Shown here piece by piece: positions 10,601 through 19,146 of a DNA stretch of 50,542 nt; position 1 is the stretch's first letter; each line of letters begins with the position of its first letter. The position numbers were made by a program, and so were the translations under genes. A model generated the notes under the pieces. The model ran no database searches. It was not told the origin of the DNA and saw only the letters and a program-made list of their open reading frames with translations. The DNA comes from Alphaproteobacteria bacterium (GTDB taxonomy: Bacteria; Pseudomonadota; Alphaproteobacteria; Paracaedibacterales; VGCI01), in assembly GCA_021323455.1 (NCBI GenBank), contig JAJONN010000007.1, positions 1-50,542 of the forward strand, given 5' to 3'.

Positions 10601-10742
10601 CTCTGAAAGCCGCCGTCAAATTGGGTGGGTTATCGTAGGCGGTATGTCTGTTGGGACCCTCTTTACCTTGTTTGTCTTGCCAGCATTCTATTATTACCTG
10701 GCACGGCGCAAGCGTGTCCCCATAGTCGAAATAAACGTATAA
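7629..10742 (+). CDS. AcrB/MdtB-family RND efflux permease
   Basis: 1037 aa; IQRPVFA N-terminus, AIGLVVDDAIVVLENI, RLRPILMTT. Confidence 0.95.
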   Translation: MKISEVCIQRPVFAWVMTFILIALGLVGGSRLPLQKDPKIETPYLTIEASLPGAGPDIIENQVTRPIEEAVAGIDGIVATQSTSSVEDSKITIEFTPERRIDDATNDVRDRLNKAKDKFPKEMNEPNIIKARAEEKSLVTLALTSDKHTPSEMGDYANNELKKKFEAIAGVARVEVAGSGLDKMYLKLDPVKLAAYNLTVADVMKAIRSQNIEKPAGKIVTTEREYLVTTLATLETPEEFENLVVSNKDKHLVRLRDIGTAEESADDKKTRMRFNGKLGVSVGIIKQSVANPIEVTRAIKAALPDIIDHLPEGVSLRIGKDSARFIEQSLHAVYQTIAEAIVLVILVVFLFLRSSRAALIPLVTIPVSLIGALFLMYLAGFSLNTFTLLSMVLAIGLVVDDAIVVLENIYRRIEDGMETFKASVIGIREISFSIIAMTLTLVAVYAPIALSNGKTGKFFTEFALTLAGAVLISGFAALTLSPMMCARMLKQDPHHNMPPTTTYQAFKSGIWLDSTTYQAFKSGIWLDSIETSYMRLLHSAMDKASHRAMIIASGVLFALLGLAVYSTLPGEMFPREDQGQISIEGQASQTATLDHTDRYVKELDSILATYPEITRRVTQVNNPTYEIFIQLADDRQRTTAEIEQDLKKRLQSIAGIDIKIETGSVSGEKSNVVEFVVQANKTYREVRELAENLSMRLKQYAFVDAILSNMHADAQDYTIAVNRSKVASLNIDPETIANTIETLLRGSKTGTFKKEGRLYDVMVEITDANKQSPDDITNLFVKGGDKQDSLVPLAELVKVYARTSPMEIYRYNRLRSVSFSLKLSNGVGLMEGLTKVKEIAKETLPRDSDARVDFTGETRRYLNESQNIILIFGLALCFIYFVMAAQFESWIDPFIIMLSVPLSLAGAVLTLAMIENGSINLYSQIGFVTLIGLITKHGILMVDVANQLRDEGADRLTAIIQASKMRLRPILMTTFAMVLGAIPLALASGAGSESRRQIGWVIVGGMSVGTLFTLFVLPAFYYYLARRKRVPIVEINV
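9127..9210 (+). repeat. Perfect 42-bp in-frame tandem duplication in the RND permease
   Basis: CAACAACTTACCAAGCTTTTAAATCCGGCATATGGCTGGATT x2, giving TTYQAFKSGIWLDS twice. Confidence 0.95.
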
Positions 10743-10750
10743 CAGGAAAA

Positions 10751-11596
10751 ATGGCGCGTCCTTCTTCCTCTGTTCAATCGCCTGGCCTCCTCTTCGACCG
10801 TCCTCTCCTCAAAACCCGCCGGAACCGGGTTGCAGGTTCTTACCCTCATTATGCTTTTCTGAAAGCGCGTGTCGCTGAGGATCTGGCCAACCGGTTAAAA
10901 CTCATCCGCCGGACCTTTCATCATTGCGTTGATTTGGGCAGCCATACCGGACAACTGGGAATAGCGCTCAAAGGCATAATATCCAACTCCCTGATTGCCA
11001 CAGACATAAGCGAAACCATGGTTCGTCAAGCCAAAACACCCTTAAAGGTTGTTTTGGATGAAGAAGCCCTGCCTTTTGCCCCAAACTCTTTTGATCTCGT
11101 CCTCAGCGCGCTCTCTCTTCATTGGGTGAACGACATTCCCGGGCTTTTGACGCAAATTTATACTTGCCTCAAACCGGATGGCCTGTTCCTTGCTTCTTTG
11201 TTCGGAGAAAAGACACTGATTGAATTGCGAGATTGCCTCCTTTCCCCGATGATCTCTGTTCAAGACGCCAGCGCCTTACTGCAACGCGCCGGCTTCGCAC
11301 TGCCGGTGGTCGATCATGACCGGATTCAGGTCACTTACCCTCACCCCCTGGCGCTTCTTCATGACCTAAGGCGCATGGGGGAAACCAACACCCTTTATAG
11401 CCGACCCCGTACGCCGGTAGCGCGCGCCCTTCTGGCCCGCACCTTTGAGCTTTATCAAAATCGCTATGGGCTGCCTGATGGCCGCATTTACGCCACATTT
11501 AATGTGGTAACGCTCACTGGATGGAGACCCCACCCATCTCAACAACACCCCCTCCCGCGCGGTTCGGCCATGGCTCACTTAGCGGATTATGTATAA
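10751..11596 (+). CDS. SAM-dependent methyltransferase (BioC-like/NDUFAF5 family)
   Basis: DLGSHTG, DEEALPF, LSLHWVND, LKPDGLFL, LLQRAGFALPVVD, DLRRMGE, Q.PL.RGSA. Likely start is the ATG at 10751, after CAGGA. Confidence 0.85.
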   Translation: MARPSSSVQSPGLLFDRPLLKTRRNRVAGSYPHYAFLKARVAEDLANRLKLIRRTFHHCVDLGSHTGQLGIALKGIISNSLIATDISETMVRQAKTPLKVVLDEEALPFAPNSFDLVLSALSLHWVNDIPGLLTQIYTCLKPDGLFLASLFGEKTLIELRDCLLSPMISVQDASALLQRAGFALPVVDHDRIQVTYPHPLALLHDLRRMGETNTLYSRPRTPVARALLARTFELYQNRYGLPDGRIYATFNVVTLTGWRPHPSQQHPLPRGSAMAHLADYV

Positions 11597-11723
11597 GTCT
11601 CCGGATTCTCCTTTAAAGCATGCCCGTTTCAAAACACCAGGAAAGCTTGCAAAACCCGGTCTTAAAACCCCGCGGTAGTAAGCTGAAACTATCTATAGAT
11701 TTAAAAAAATTGTCAGAAACTTG

Positions 11724-12583
11724 GGGCGTGTCATCAAATAGGTTGATTTTTTATCAAAGCCGATTAGAAATTGAGAAAAATAATAAGGAAGAGGTGTTTT
11801 CTCAATGCGTCGCTATGCTTTAAGAGAGGATCAATGGGAGCGAATTAAAGACACTTTACCAGGTAGAAAGGGTTCCGTTGGGGCTCCCGCCAAAGATAAC
11901 CGCCTGTTTGCTGAGGCCGTTTTGTATCGGTACCGAGCAGGAATTGCTTGGCGAGACTTACCCAAACGTTTCGGGGATTTTCGCGTCATTCATTTGCGTC
12001 ATTCTCGGTGGAGCCGAAAAGGCATTTGGAAAAAGGGCTTCGAGATACTGGCTCAGAATGCCGACAATGAATATAGAATGATCGATACTTCCATTGTAAG
12101 AGCTTACCCACACACTGCAGGCGCTAAAAAAAAGCCCCGAATGATGACCAAGCCATTGGAAGAAGCAAGGGAGGGCTAAGCACAAAAATACATGCTGTCT
12201 GTGAGGCGTTGGGTAATGCGGTTGCTTTTCACCTAACGGCTGGTCAGGATTCAGATTTGGAAGGGCCATATATAATATATTGATGGACGAAATGACAAAA
12301 GGAGACTCTCTTCTGGCTGATAAGGCCTATGATGCCGATGAACGTGTGAGGCAAAAGCTTCAGGATAAGGGGTGTGCAGCTGTGATTCTCCCCAAAAAGA
12401 ATCGGATTAACCCGGTTGATTACGATAAAAACCTCTATAAGGACCGTCACTTGATCGAGAATTTCTTTGCAAAGCTCAAGCAATACAGAGCAATAGCCAC
12501 ACGGTATGATAAGATAGCTTCAAACTTCCTTGAGACTATTTACATGGCCTCCATCTTAATCTGGCTTAATTGATGACACGCTC
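11724..12583 (+). mobile_element. IS5-family (IS427-type) element, probably inactive
   Basis: TIRs GGGCGTGTCATCAA / TTGATGACACGCTC (13/14). orfA 11805-12179 (DNRLF..W(R)DLP.RFG). A8G slippery site at 12126-12134. orfB motifs GRSKGGLSTKIH, ADKAYD, RHLIENFFAKLKQYRAIATRYDK. An extra frameshift lies near 12270. Confidence 0.9.
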
Positions 12584-12824
12584 TAATCTTCATCAAAGCC
12601 TCCCAAATATTAGATTATGGAGGGCTTTGCCATATTCGCACCACTTGTTTAAATTATATTTTAAGTAATTTTTAACTTATCTCTCTGGCTGTACAGGGTG
12701 TTTGTAGATAGTCTAAAAAGTTTTTTTAAATTAACTGTTGAAATATCATTTTTCCTCGTTTATGCATTAAGTTAATGCGGAATTTAATATTATATTAGTT
12801 AATTAAAATAAGAGGTATTAGAGA

Positions 12825-14438
12825 ATGAAATTATTCAACTATATTCATTTAATGGTTATGGCAACTGTGTGTTCTTTATCAGGTGTTTTTGCAACTGATG
12901 ATAGAGGTGATACAAACATCCCGCATGCTTCTATGACGCATGTTGAGGAAGGAGCAAGCGCGACAGTAGAACCGTCCTTTATTCCCCGCTATCCATCAAC
13001 CAGTCATTCATTAAGTAGTGAGTACGCTGACTTCCCTTTAACTACACTTCCAGGTACCCTGCTTAGGGTAATAGGTTCGTTCTTAGGAATAGAGGCGCCT
13101 AAAAACTATCGGTTGGTTTGTAAACAAATAAACAATGCCTATCTTATGCCTGACGACCGTTATGGGCCTTTTGGGTGTGCTACATCCCTGTTATTAATAA
13201 CCCCTCCGCTGATCAAACAGCTGCAAAAATCTAGCGAGCTTAAACTAGCTGTTCGGGTAAAAACAGCTGCACAGGATAACATGTGTTACATTAGCGGCTT
13301 AACTAACCTTGTTGCGCTGAACCTTAAAAGATCTAACGTATGTAGGAAAGGATATGATGACTGTGAGCGAGACTCATCTTTTCTCACAGGACCAGTAAGT
13401 AATAATTATGTAACAGATGATGAGCTTCGACATGCTTGCAATTTAGAAAAACTTCGAGAACTTAAGTTGGCTTATTTAGGAGGAGTCACCGATAATGGCC
13501 TTAGGTATGTTAGTGGTATAATTAAGCTTCGTTCGCTCACGTTGACTAAATTACCACAGGTCACGGATAACGGGCTTCGACACCTTAGCATAACTAAGCT
13601 TGATTCACTCACGTTGGATTATCTAGATAATGTTAGCGATGATGGTCTTCAGCACGTTAAAGGTATAATTAACCTTGGTTCACTTAGCCTCGTCCGTCTA
13701 AAGCAACTTACCAGCAATGGCCTTCAGCACATTAGTGACATGATCATTGATACACTTACGTTGGAGGGCTTAGATAACCTCGGAGATGGTGGTCTGCGGC
13801 ATGTTGGCGTTATGAAGCTTGATTTCCTTACGTTGAGTTATCTACCAAATGTCACCGGTTATGGGCTTCAGTACCTTAAGGACATGGAACTTAGCTGCCT
13901 TGTTTTGAGTGAATTACCAAGCTTCAGAAGCAATAACTTTCAGTATCTTAAAGAGATAGCTAGCATTCGTTCACTTACGTTGGATGAGCTAGGTTGCTAC
14001 GGTGACTTCGCGGCGGATAACGCGCTTCAGCACCTTAGTGGTATTAATCTTGATACACTTACGTTGAAGAGACTAACCATTGGTAATACCCTTCAGCATC
14101 TTCGTGGTATGAACCTCGATTCATTTACGTTAAAGGATGTAACTCAAGTCACTGATGATAGCCTTCAGCATCTTAGTGGCATAAACCTTCGCTCACTGAC
14201 GTTGGATGATCTGGGTAATCAAGTCACCGATAAGGGCTTCCGGCACCTTCGTGGTATGAACCTTGAGTCATTGACGTTGGGTGATCTGGATAGTAAAATC
14301 ACTGGTTCCAGCCTTCTAGGTCTTATTAGAACGCTTCATAATCTTCAAGACTTGGATATAGGTACGGGATTGAATACGTGTCTTCAATTAAACAAGATTA
14401 ACATGGAGGCCATATTAAGATGGAGGCCATGTAAATAA
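12825..14438 (+). CDS. Signal peptide + F-box + leucine-rich-repeat (FBXL-like) protein
   Basis: F-box-like LTTLPGTLLRVIGSFLGIEAPKNYRLVCKQINN (aa ~72-104). Many 24-25-aa LRRs (LxSLxLxxLxxVTDxGLxHL). GAGG RBS. Confidence 0.8.
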   Translation: MKLFNYIHLMVMATVCSLSGVFATDDRGDTNIPHASMTHVEEGASATVEPSFIPRYPSTSHSLSSEYADFPLTTLPGTLLRVIGSFLGIEAPKNYRLVCKQINNAYLMPDDRYGPFGCATSLLLITPPLIKQLQKSSELKLAVRVKTAAQDNMCYISGLTNLVALNLKRSNVCRKGYDDCERDSSFLTGPVSNNYVTDDELRHACNLEKLRELKLAYLGGVTDNGLRYVSGIIKLRSLTLTKLPQVTDNGLRHLSITKLDSLTLDYLDNVSDDGLQHVKGIINLGSLSLVRLKQLTSNGLQHISDMIIDTLTLEGLDNLGDGGLRHVGVMKLDFLTLSYLPNVTGYGLQYLKDMELSCLVLSELPSFRSNNFQYLKEIASIRSLTLDELGCYGDFAADNALQHLSGINLDTLTLKRLTIGNTLQHLRGMNLDSFTLKDVTQVTDDSLQHLSGINLRSLTLDDLGNQVTDKGFRHLRGMNLESLTLGDLDSKITGSSLLGLIRTLHNLQDLDIGTGLNTCLQLNKINMEAILRWRPCK

Positions 14439-14507
14439 CCCCAAGGAAGTTTGAAGCTGTCTTATCATACCGTGTGGCTATTGGTCTGTATTGCTTGAGT
14501 TGTAAAG
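14374..14507 (-). mobile_element. 3' fragment of a second, inverted copy of the IS5 element
   Basis: Reverse complement closely matches 12470-12583 (LKQYRPIATRYDKTASNFLGVIYMASILI), includes a degenerate TIR and a 17-bp internal duplication. Confidence 0.85.
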
Positions 14508-14512
14508 CTCTT

Positions 14513-15106
14513 TTACACCGTACGCCGGGCTGTAAAGGCCGTGGTAAGCGTACCATCATCCAGGTAATCCAGCTCACCCCCGATGGGAACGCCGTGGGCC
14601 AAAGTTGATAAGGAAACACCCAGGGGTTGGAGGCGGTCAATTAAATAATGGATAGTTGTTTGGCCATCAATGGTCGCATTCAGAGCCAAAACAACTTCTT
14701 TTACGTCTTTATTTTTGATACGCTCCACCAGCGCCTCTATGGTCAGCTGATTTGGCCCCATTCCGTCAATGGCAGACAATACGCCCCCCAATATATGGTA
14801 TCGGCCCCGGAAAACATTGGCCCGCTCCAGCGCCCAGAGGTCAGCCACATCTTGGACGACACACAAAACAGCGCCATCCCGGCGGGGGTCTGTACACACA
14901 GAACAAGGGTCATGCGTATCCAAGCCGTAACATGTCTGGCATATCTTGATGGCCGCTTCTGCCGTCTGCAACGCTTCAATGAGCGGACGCATGACCTGTT
15001 CCCGTTTTTTCAACAAATGCAGGGCCAGCCGCCGCCCGGAGCGCGGCCCCAAGCCTGGAAGCTTCCCGAGATGCTGTATTAAGCGCTGAATTTCTGATCC
15101 ACTCAT
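14513..15106 (-). CDS. recR: Recombination mediator RecR
   Basis: LPGLGPRSG HhH, C4 zinc finger, [38 protein letters not shown]. Confidence 0.97.
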   Translation of the reverse strand: MSGSEIQRLIQHLGKLPGLGPRSGRRLALHLLKKREQVMRPLIEALQTAEAAIKICQTCYGLDTHDPCSVCTDPRRDGAVLCVVQDVADLWALERANVFRGRYHILGGVLSAIDGMGPNQLTIEALVERIKNKDVKEVVLALNATIDGQTTIHYLIDRLQPLGVSLSTLAHGVPIGGELDYLDDGTLTTAFTARRTV

Positions 15107-15557
15107 GCTTGCCTCTTTGTGCGTTAAGGGCCTTGAAATCGGAACCCCGTGGAGAACCGTTAATCTTGTTCATAGCTCAATCTACCAGCATTGGCAAAAA
15201 AATCGGCAATTTTTTATTATTGTTTTCCTTGTTAACCCTTTACCCTTGCTATTTTCAGGCTTTCCTGCTAGACAAGAGGTATCTCAAGGCTCTTGAGTAA
15301 AACTTTTCACTATTTATTGGGTTATAGCTTGTAAGATTGATACGGAATCCCCATATCAACAGTATACCCACCAAGAACCAAGAAAAATTGATTGTGTTCT
15401 TTAAATTTAAGAGCATTTTTTGGCTTACACTCCGGCTAAGTAGGTTGCCTATAGGTGCGTTAACGCATTGCGTGTTTTCCCCATGAAAACTCCTGTGCTA
15501 TTAGGCCGCAGAGACGCTGACAATAGAGATGTTATGATAAAATTTAGGAGAATTTTA

Positions 15558-16421
15558 ATGAAAACTCAACTGAAGTCCCTAAATCATGTTTCCCTTAAAG
15601 GCGCCTCCCGGAACAGCCATAACCTAGCCCATGACTTGCGTGCAGCCTTGATGACGCAGCAACTTCAAATGGTCTTTCAGCCCAAGGTGTGCGCCCTTAC
15701 GCACCGAACGGTCGGCGCAGAAGTTTTGCTCCGCTGGCAACATCCCATTGAAGGGCTGATCCCGGCTGATCAATGGGTTTCTCTCGCTGAAACGCACAAC
15801 CTGATGCGCCCCTTGACGGCGTGGCTCGTTGATCAGGTCCTCCATTCCTTAAAAAATGCTGGTGAAGCCGCTTTACCGCTCGCTATTAACGTATCCCCCA
15901 CGATCCTTGATGGGGCTTTTGCCTTACATGTCCTGAAAATGATGTCTATCGCCGGAATTGCCCCTCATTTACTCGAGATTGAGATTACAGAATCCGCACC
16001 CGTTACCAACATGACGAATTTGGCCAATGCCGTGCGCCTCTTTCGGTCAAAAGGGTTGAAGGTTTATCTGGATGATTTCGGGACAGGGTATTCCACAATG
16101 CAGTACCTGGTTGACGTGCCTGTAGATGGCGTTAAGATAGATAAAAGTTTTGTCCAGCAAGCATCTCTCATTCCCGCAGCTCGCCTTATTTTGCGCACCC
16201 TTATTGAGCTTGCTCATGAAATTGGGGTCACGGTTGTTTGCGAAGGCGTTGAAACCCAGGAACAACTTACGCTTGTAAAAGGCTTAGGAGCGCAAATCAT
16301 TCAAGGATACCTAACAGGCAGGCCGATGGCGCCCGAAGCTTTTGCCAGGGGCCTTGACGTTCATGCGTTACCTCTCTTTTCAGAAAGGATGAGCGAACCT
16401 TATAAACTTCAAGCAGGATAA
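15558..16421 (+). CDS. Stand-alone EAL-domain c-di-GMP phosphodiesterase
   Basis: FQPK, EVLLRW, INVS, EITE, DDFGTGYS, KID, EGVE, QGY. The ATG at 15558 has an AGGAG RBS. Confidence 0.9.
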   Translation: MKTQLKSLNHVSLKGASRNSHNLAHDLRAALMTQQLQMVFQPKVCALTHRTVGAEVLLRWQHPIEGLIPADQWVSLAETHNLMRPLTAWLVDQVLHSLKNAGEAALPLAINVSPTILDGAFALHVLKMMSIAGIAPHLLEIEITESAPVTNMTNLANAVRLFRSKGLKVYLDDFGTGYSTMQYLVDVPVDGVKIDKSFVQQASLIPAARLILRTLIELAHEIGVTVVCEGVETQEQLTLVKGLGAQIIQGYLTGRPMAPEAFARGLDVHALPLFSERMSEPYKLQAG

Positions 16422-16610
16422 GGAACACTCTTTTTTTTAAACAATTACCTGTGGTAGCTAACACGAAATACCAATAACTCTAGAACCCTCTTTTGTTGTA
16501 TAGCAGCCCCATTAGACTATCACCTCACCCCTCAAATGGCCAGCTGACAAACAGGAAGAAATCTGTAATAGTCCTTTAGAAAGAGCACCCCTTTCAAGGA
16601 TAAGATTTGT

Positions 16611-18188
16611 ATGTCCCCTCTCCCTGGTATCCCCACGGTTTTGTGCATTCTGGATGGCTGGGGCATTGCCCCCCCTTCAAAGAAGAATGGCATTTCCCTG
16701 GCACATACCCCCACCTGGGACCATTTTATGCGCACCTACCCTCATGGACAATTGCAAGCATCTGAAGGGTTTGTTGGCCTTCCGCCAGGACAAATGGGAA
16801 ATTCTGAAGTCGGCCACATGACCATTGGCGCCGGACGTGTTATCTTGCAAAATCTTCCCCGTATTGATGCCAGCCTTGGCATCGGGAAACAAAATGGAAA
16901 TAAAAACCTCACCTCTCTGCCTTACTTCGCTGACTTCATCAGCTCTCTCAAAAAAACAGGCGGCACTTGCCATGTCATGGGTCTTCTCTCCCCAGGAGGC
17001 GTTCATTCTCATCAATCCCACATAGAAGCTATCGTCCGATTCTTAACTGAACAGCGTGTCCCTGTCCATGTTCATGCCATCCTTGATGGACGGGATACAC
17101 CTCCTCAAAGCGCCTATGGTTATATCAAAGATTTTTTTGATCATACCACCCATCCCTTATCCACAATTGGGGGACGGTATTTTGCCATGGACCGGGACAA
17201 ACGCTGGGATCGAATTGAAAAAGCCTATCAAGCAATTGTTTTTGGAGAAGGGCCTTGTATCCATGACCCCTTGGCATTCTTGAAAGATCACTATAAAAAT
17301 GGCGGCGGGGATGAGTTCGTCCTGCCTCATTGTCATGAAAGCTATAGGGGTATGAAGGATGGGGACGGCCTTTTTATGGTTAATTTTAGGGCGGACCGGG
17401 TACGACAAATCTTAAAGGCGTTGCTGATGCCTGATTTTTCCGCCTTTAACCGGGGACGCCCCGTTTCTTTTGGCGCAACGCTCGCCATGGGAGAATACGC
17501 AACGGAGCTTACGCCCTTGATCCTCCCCCTTTTCCCCAAAGAGCAAGCAACTGACTCCCTGGGATCTATTGTTTCCACGGCAGGACTGAAACAGCTCCGC
17601 ATTGCAGAAACAGAGAAATATGCCCATGTGACGTTTTTTTTGAATGGCGGACGGGAAGCAACGTTTCCAGGGGAAGACCGGATTCTTGTTCCCTCCCCGG
17701 ACGTGGCCACTTATGACTTAAAACCGGAAATGTCCGCCGGGCACGTGACGGATAAAGCCATTGACGCTATGACAAACAGGCAAAAACCAAATCCATACGC
17801 CTTGATTGTTATCAATTATGCTAATACAGATATGGTCGGCCATACAGGCGCACAAGAGGCCATTATCAAAGCCGTGGAAACCATTGACCGCTGCCTGGGC
17901 CGCTTGGAAGAAGCAGCAAAAGAAGCTGGATACGCCCTCATCATTACAGCTGATCATGGAAATGTCGAACAGATGGTTGATGAAACGACTGGTATCGTTC
18001 ACACAGCTCACACGTGTAACCCGGTACCCTTTGTGTTAGTTAATGGCCCAAAAAATATCACAGCAGTCGCCAATGGCCAACTGAGCGACCTTGCCCCAAC
18101 AGTTTTGTCTCTCCTTGGATTGGCCATTCCTTCCAGTATGACGGGACAATCTTTGCTAAGGGAAAAAACTGCCCATGCTCTGGCATAA
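16611..18188 (+). CDS. gpmI: 2,3-bisphosphoglycerate-independent phosphoglycerate mutase
   Basis: ILDGWG, GQMGNSEVGH, LDGRD, GRYFAMDRD, AETEKYAHVT, TADHGN. Confidence 0.97.
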   Translation: MSPLPGIPTVLCILDGWGIAPPSKKNGISLAHTPTWDHFMRTYPHGQLQASEGFVGLPPGQMGNSEVGHMTIGAGRVILQNLPRIDASLGIGKQNGNKNLTSLPYFADFISSLKKTGGTCHVMGLLSPGGVHSHQSHIEAIVRFLTEQRVPVHVHAILDGRDTPPQSAYGYIKDFFDHTTHPLSTIGGRYFAMDRDKRWDRIEKAYQAIVFGEGPCIHDPLAFLKDHYKNGGGDEFVLPHCHESYRGMKDGDGLFMVNFRADRVRQILKALLMPDFSAFNRGRPVSFGATLAMGEYATELTPLILPLFPKEQATDSLGSIVSTAGLKQLRIAETEKYAHVTFFLNGGREATFPGEDRILVPSPDVATYDLKPEMSAGHVTDKAIDAMTNRQKPNPYALIVINYANTDMVGHTGAQEAIIKAVETIDRCLGRLEEAAKEAGYALIITADHGNVEQMVDETTGIVHTAHTCNPVPFVLVNGPKNITAVANGQLSDLAPTVLSLLGLAIPSSMTGQSLLREKTAHALA

Positions 18189-19146
18189 GATTCTACCATT
18201 GCTCATGCCCGTTTCCCTGGCGTGTGCAGCGCCTTCTCCTTCTTCCAGAGACGTATCCCAGAAAGCAGTGCAACAAAAATTAGTCAAAATTGCAGCAACC
18301 ATCCAAAATTATGAGGCCCAACTCTCCGCTGTAGAACATGATTTAAACCAGGCGCGTGCAGAAGAAAGCGCTATTTTAGGAGAATTAGACCAACATAATC
18401 AACGGCTTATGGAAACAATTCACTATTTACGGCATGCAACTCAGTATTCTCCCTTACTTGCCATGCTATCTGCCCCTAAACCGGAAGACGTTATCCATAC
18501 CTCCCTATTGCTCCGGTCCATTACGCCTGAAATTCATCGGCGTAACCAGCAGCTTCTTGAAAAAGTTAAAGCGTTATCGCATGTCCGCGCTCAATTAGAA
18601 ACCAGGCAGAACCAGCTTCGGGATATTACCTTTCATTACCATGAAGAGCGCAACAATCTGGATGCATTGCTTAAAAATCACTCCCCAACGGTTTACGCAA
18701 TAGGGGAGAATCCTGAAAATAACCTAAATACTTTTACTTTAATTCCTCCCGTTACCGGAAAGCTTATTCCCACCTATAAAGATCCAAGGCCGGAATGGGC
18801 ATCCTTTACCCAAGGAGTCATCTTTAGCACACGCCCTGGCGCCCATGTCATCTCCCCTCTTTCTGGAACCATTGCTTTTGCAGGGGAATATGCCAAAGGC
18901 CAAGAAAAAATGGTTATTGTTGAAGCGCCAAATTCCCATATTGTCATTTCAGGCTTGGGATCTTTAAACTGTAAAGCGGGACAAAGCATTATAGCCGGAG
19001 AACCTATCGGACGCATGCCCCCAAAACCTCCCTTAAAAGCTGGAATGCCTGAACAAAATACCCAACGGCTTTACTTGGAGGTCTGGTGCCAGGAACAAAC
19101 CATTGACCCCCGCACTGTCCTTAAAGAAAAAAGGAAAGAACCCTGA
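18175..19146 (+). CDS. envC: EnvC-like murein hydrolase activator (coiled coil + degenerate M23)
   Basis: N-terminal coiled coil, C-terminal M23-like domain (PGAHVISPLSG..LYLEV); sits between gpmI and the S41 protease. Confidence 0.7.
   Translation: MLWHKILPLLMPVSLACAAPSPSSRDVSQKAVQQKLVKIAATIQNYEAQLSAVEHDLNQARAEESAILGELDQHNQRLMETIHYLRHATQYSPLLAMLSAPKPEDVIHTSLLLRSITPEIHRRNQQLLEKVKALSHVRAQLETRQNQLRDITFHYHEERNNLDALLKNHSPTVYAIGENPENNLNTFTLIPPVTGKLIPTYKDPRPEWASFTQGVIFSTRPGAHVISPLSGTIAFAGEYAKGQEKMVIVEAPNSHIVISGLGSLNCKAGQSIIAGEPIGRMPPKPPLKAGMPEQNTQRLYLEVWCQEQTIDPRTVLKEKRKEP

Noticed and set aside
10625-10750. ORF-track upstream starts (10625, also 15468, 25362, 29662, 5792, 35271)
   Set aside because: They overlap neighbouring genes or lack an RBS; downstream ATGs fit better.
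11620-11823. 67-aa ORF before the IS5 transposase
   Set aside because: It runs across the IS left end and is likely a chance ORF.
15380-15480. c-di-GMP-I riboswitch upstream of the EAL gene (TCCGGCTAAG..GGTTGCC)
   Set aside because: The GGCAAAC/GAAA tetraloop/GACGCAAA elements are absent; resemblance is only superficial.
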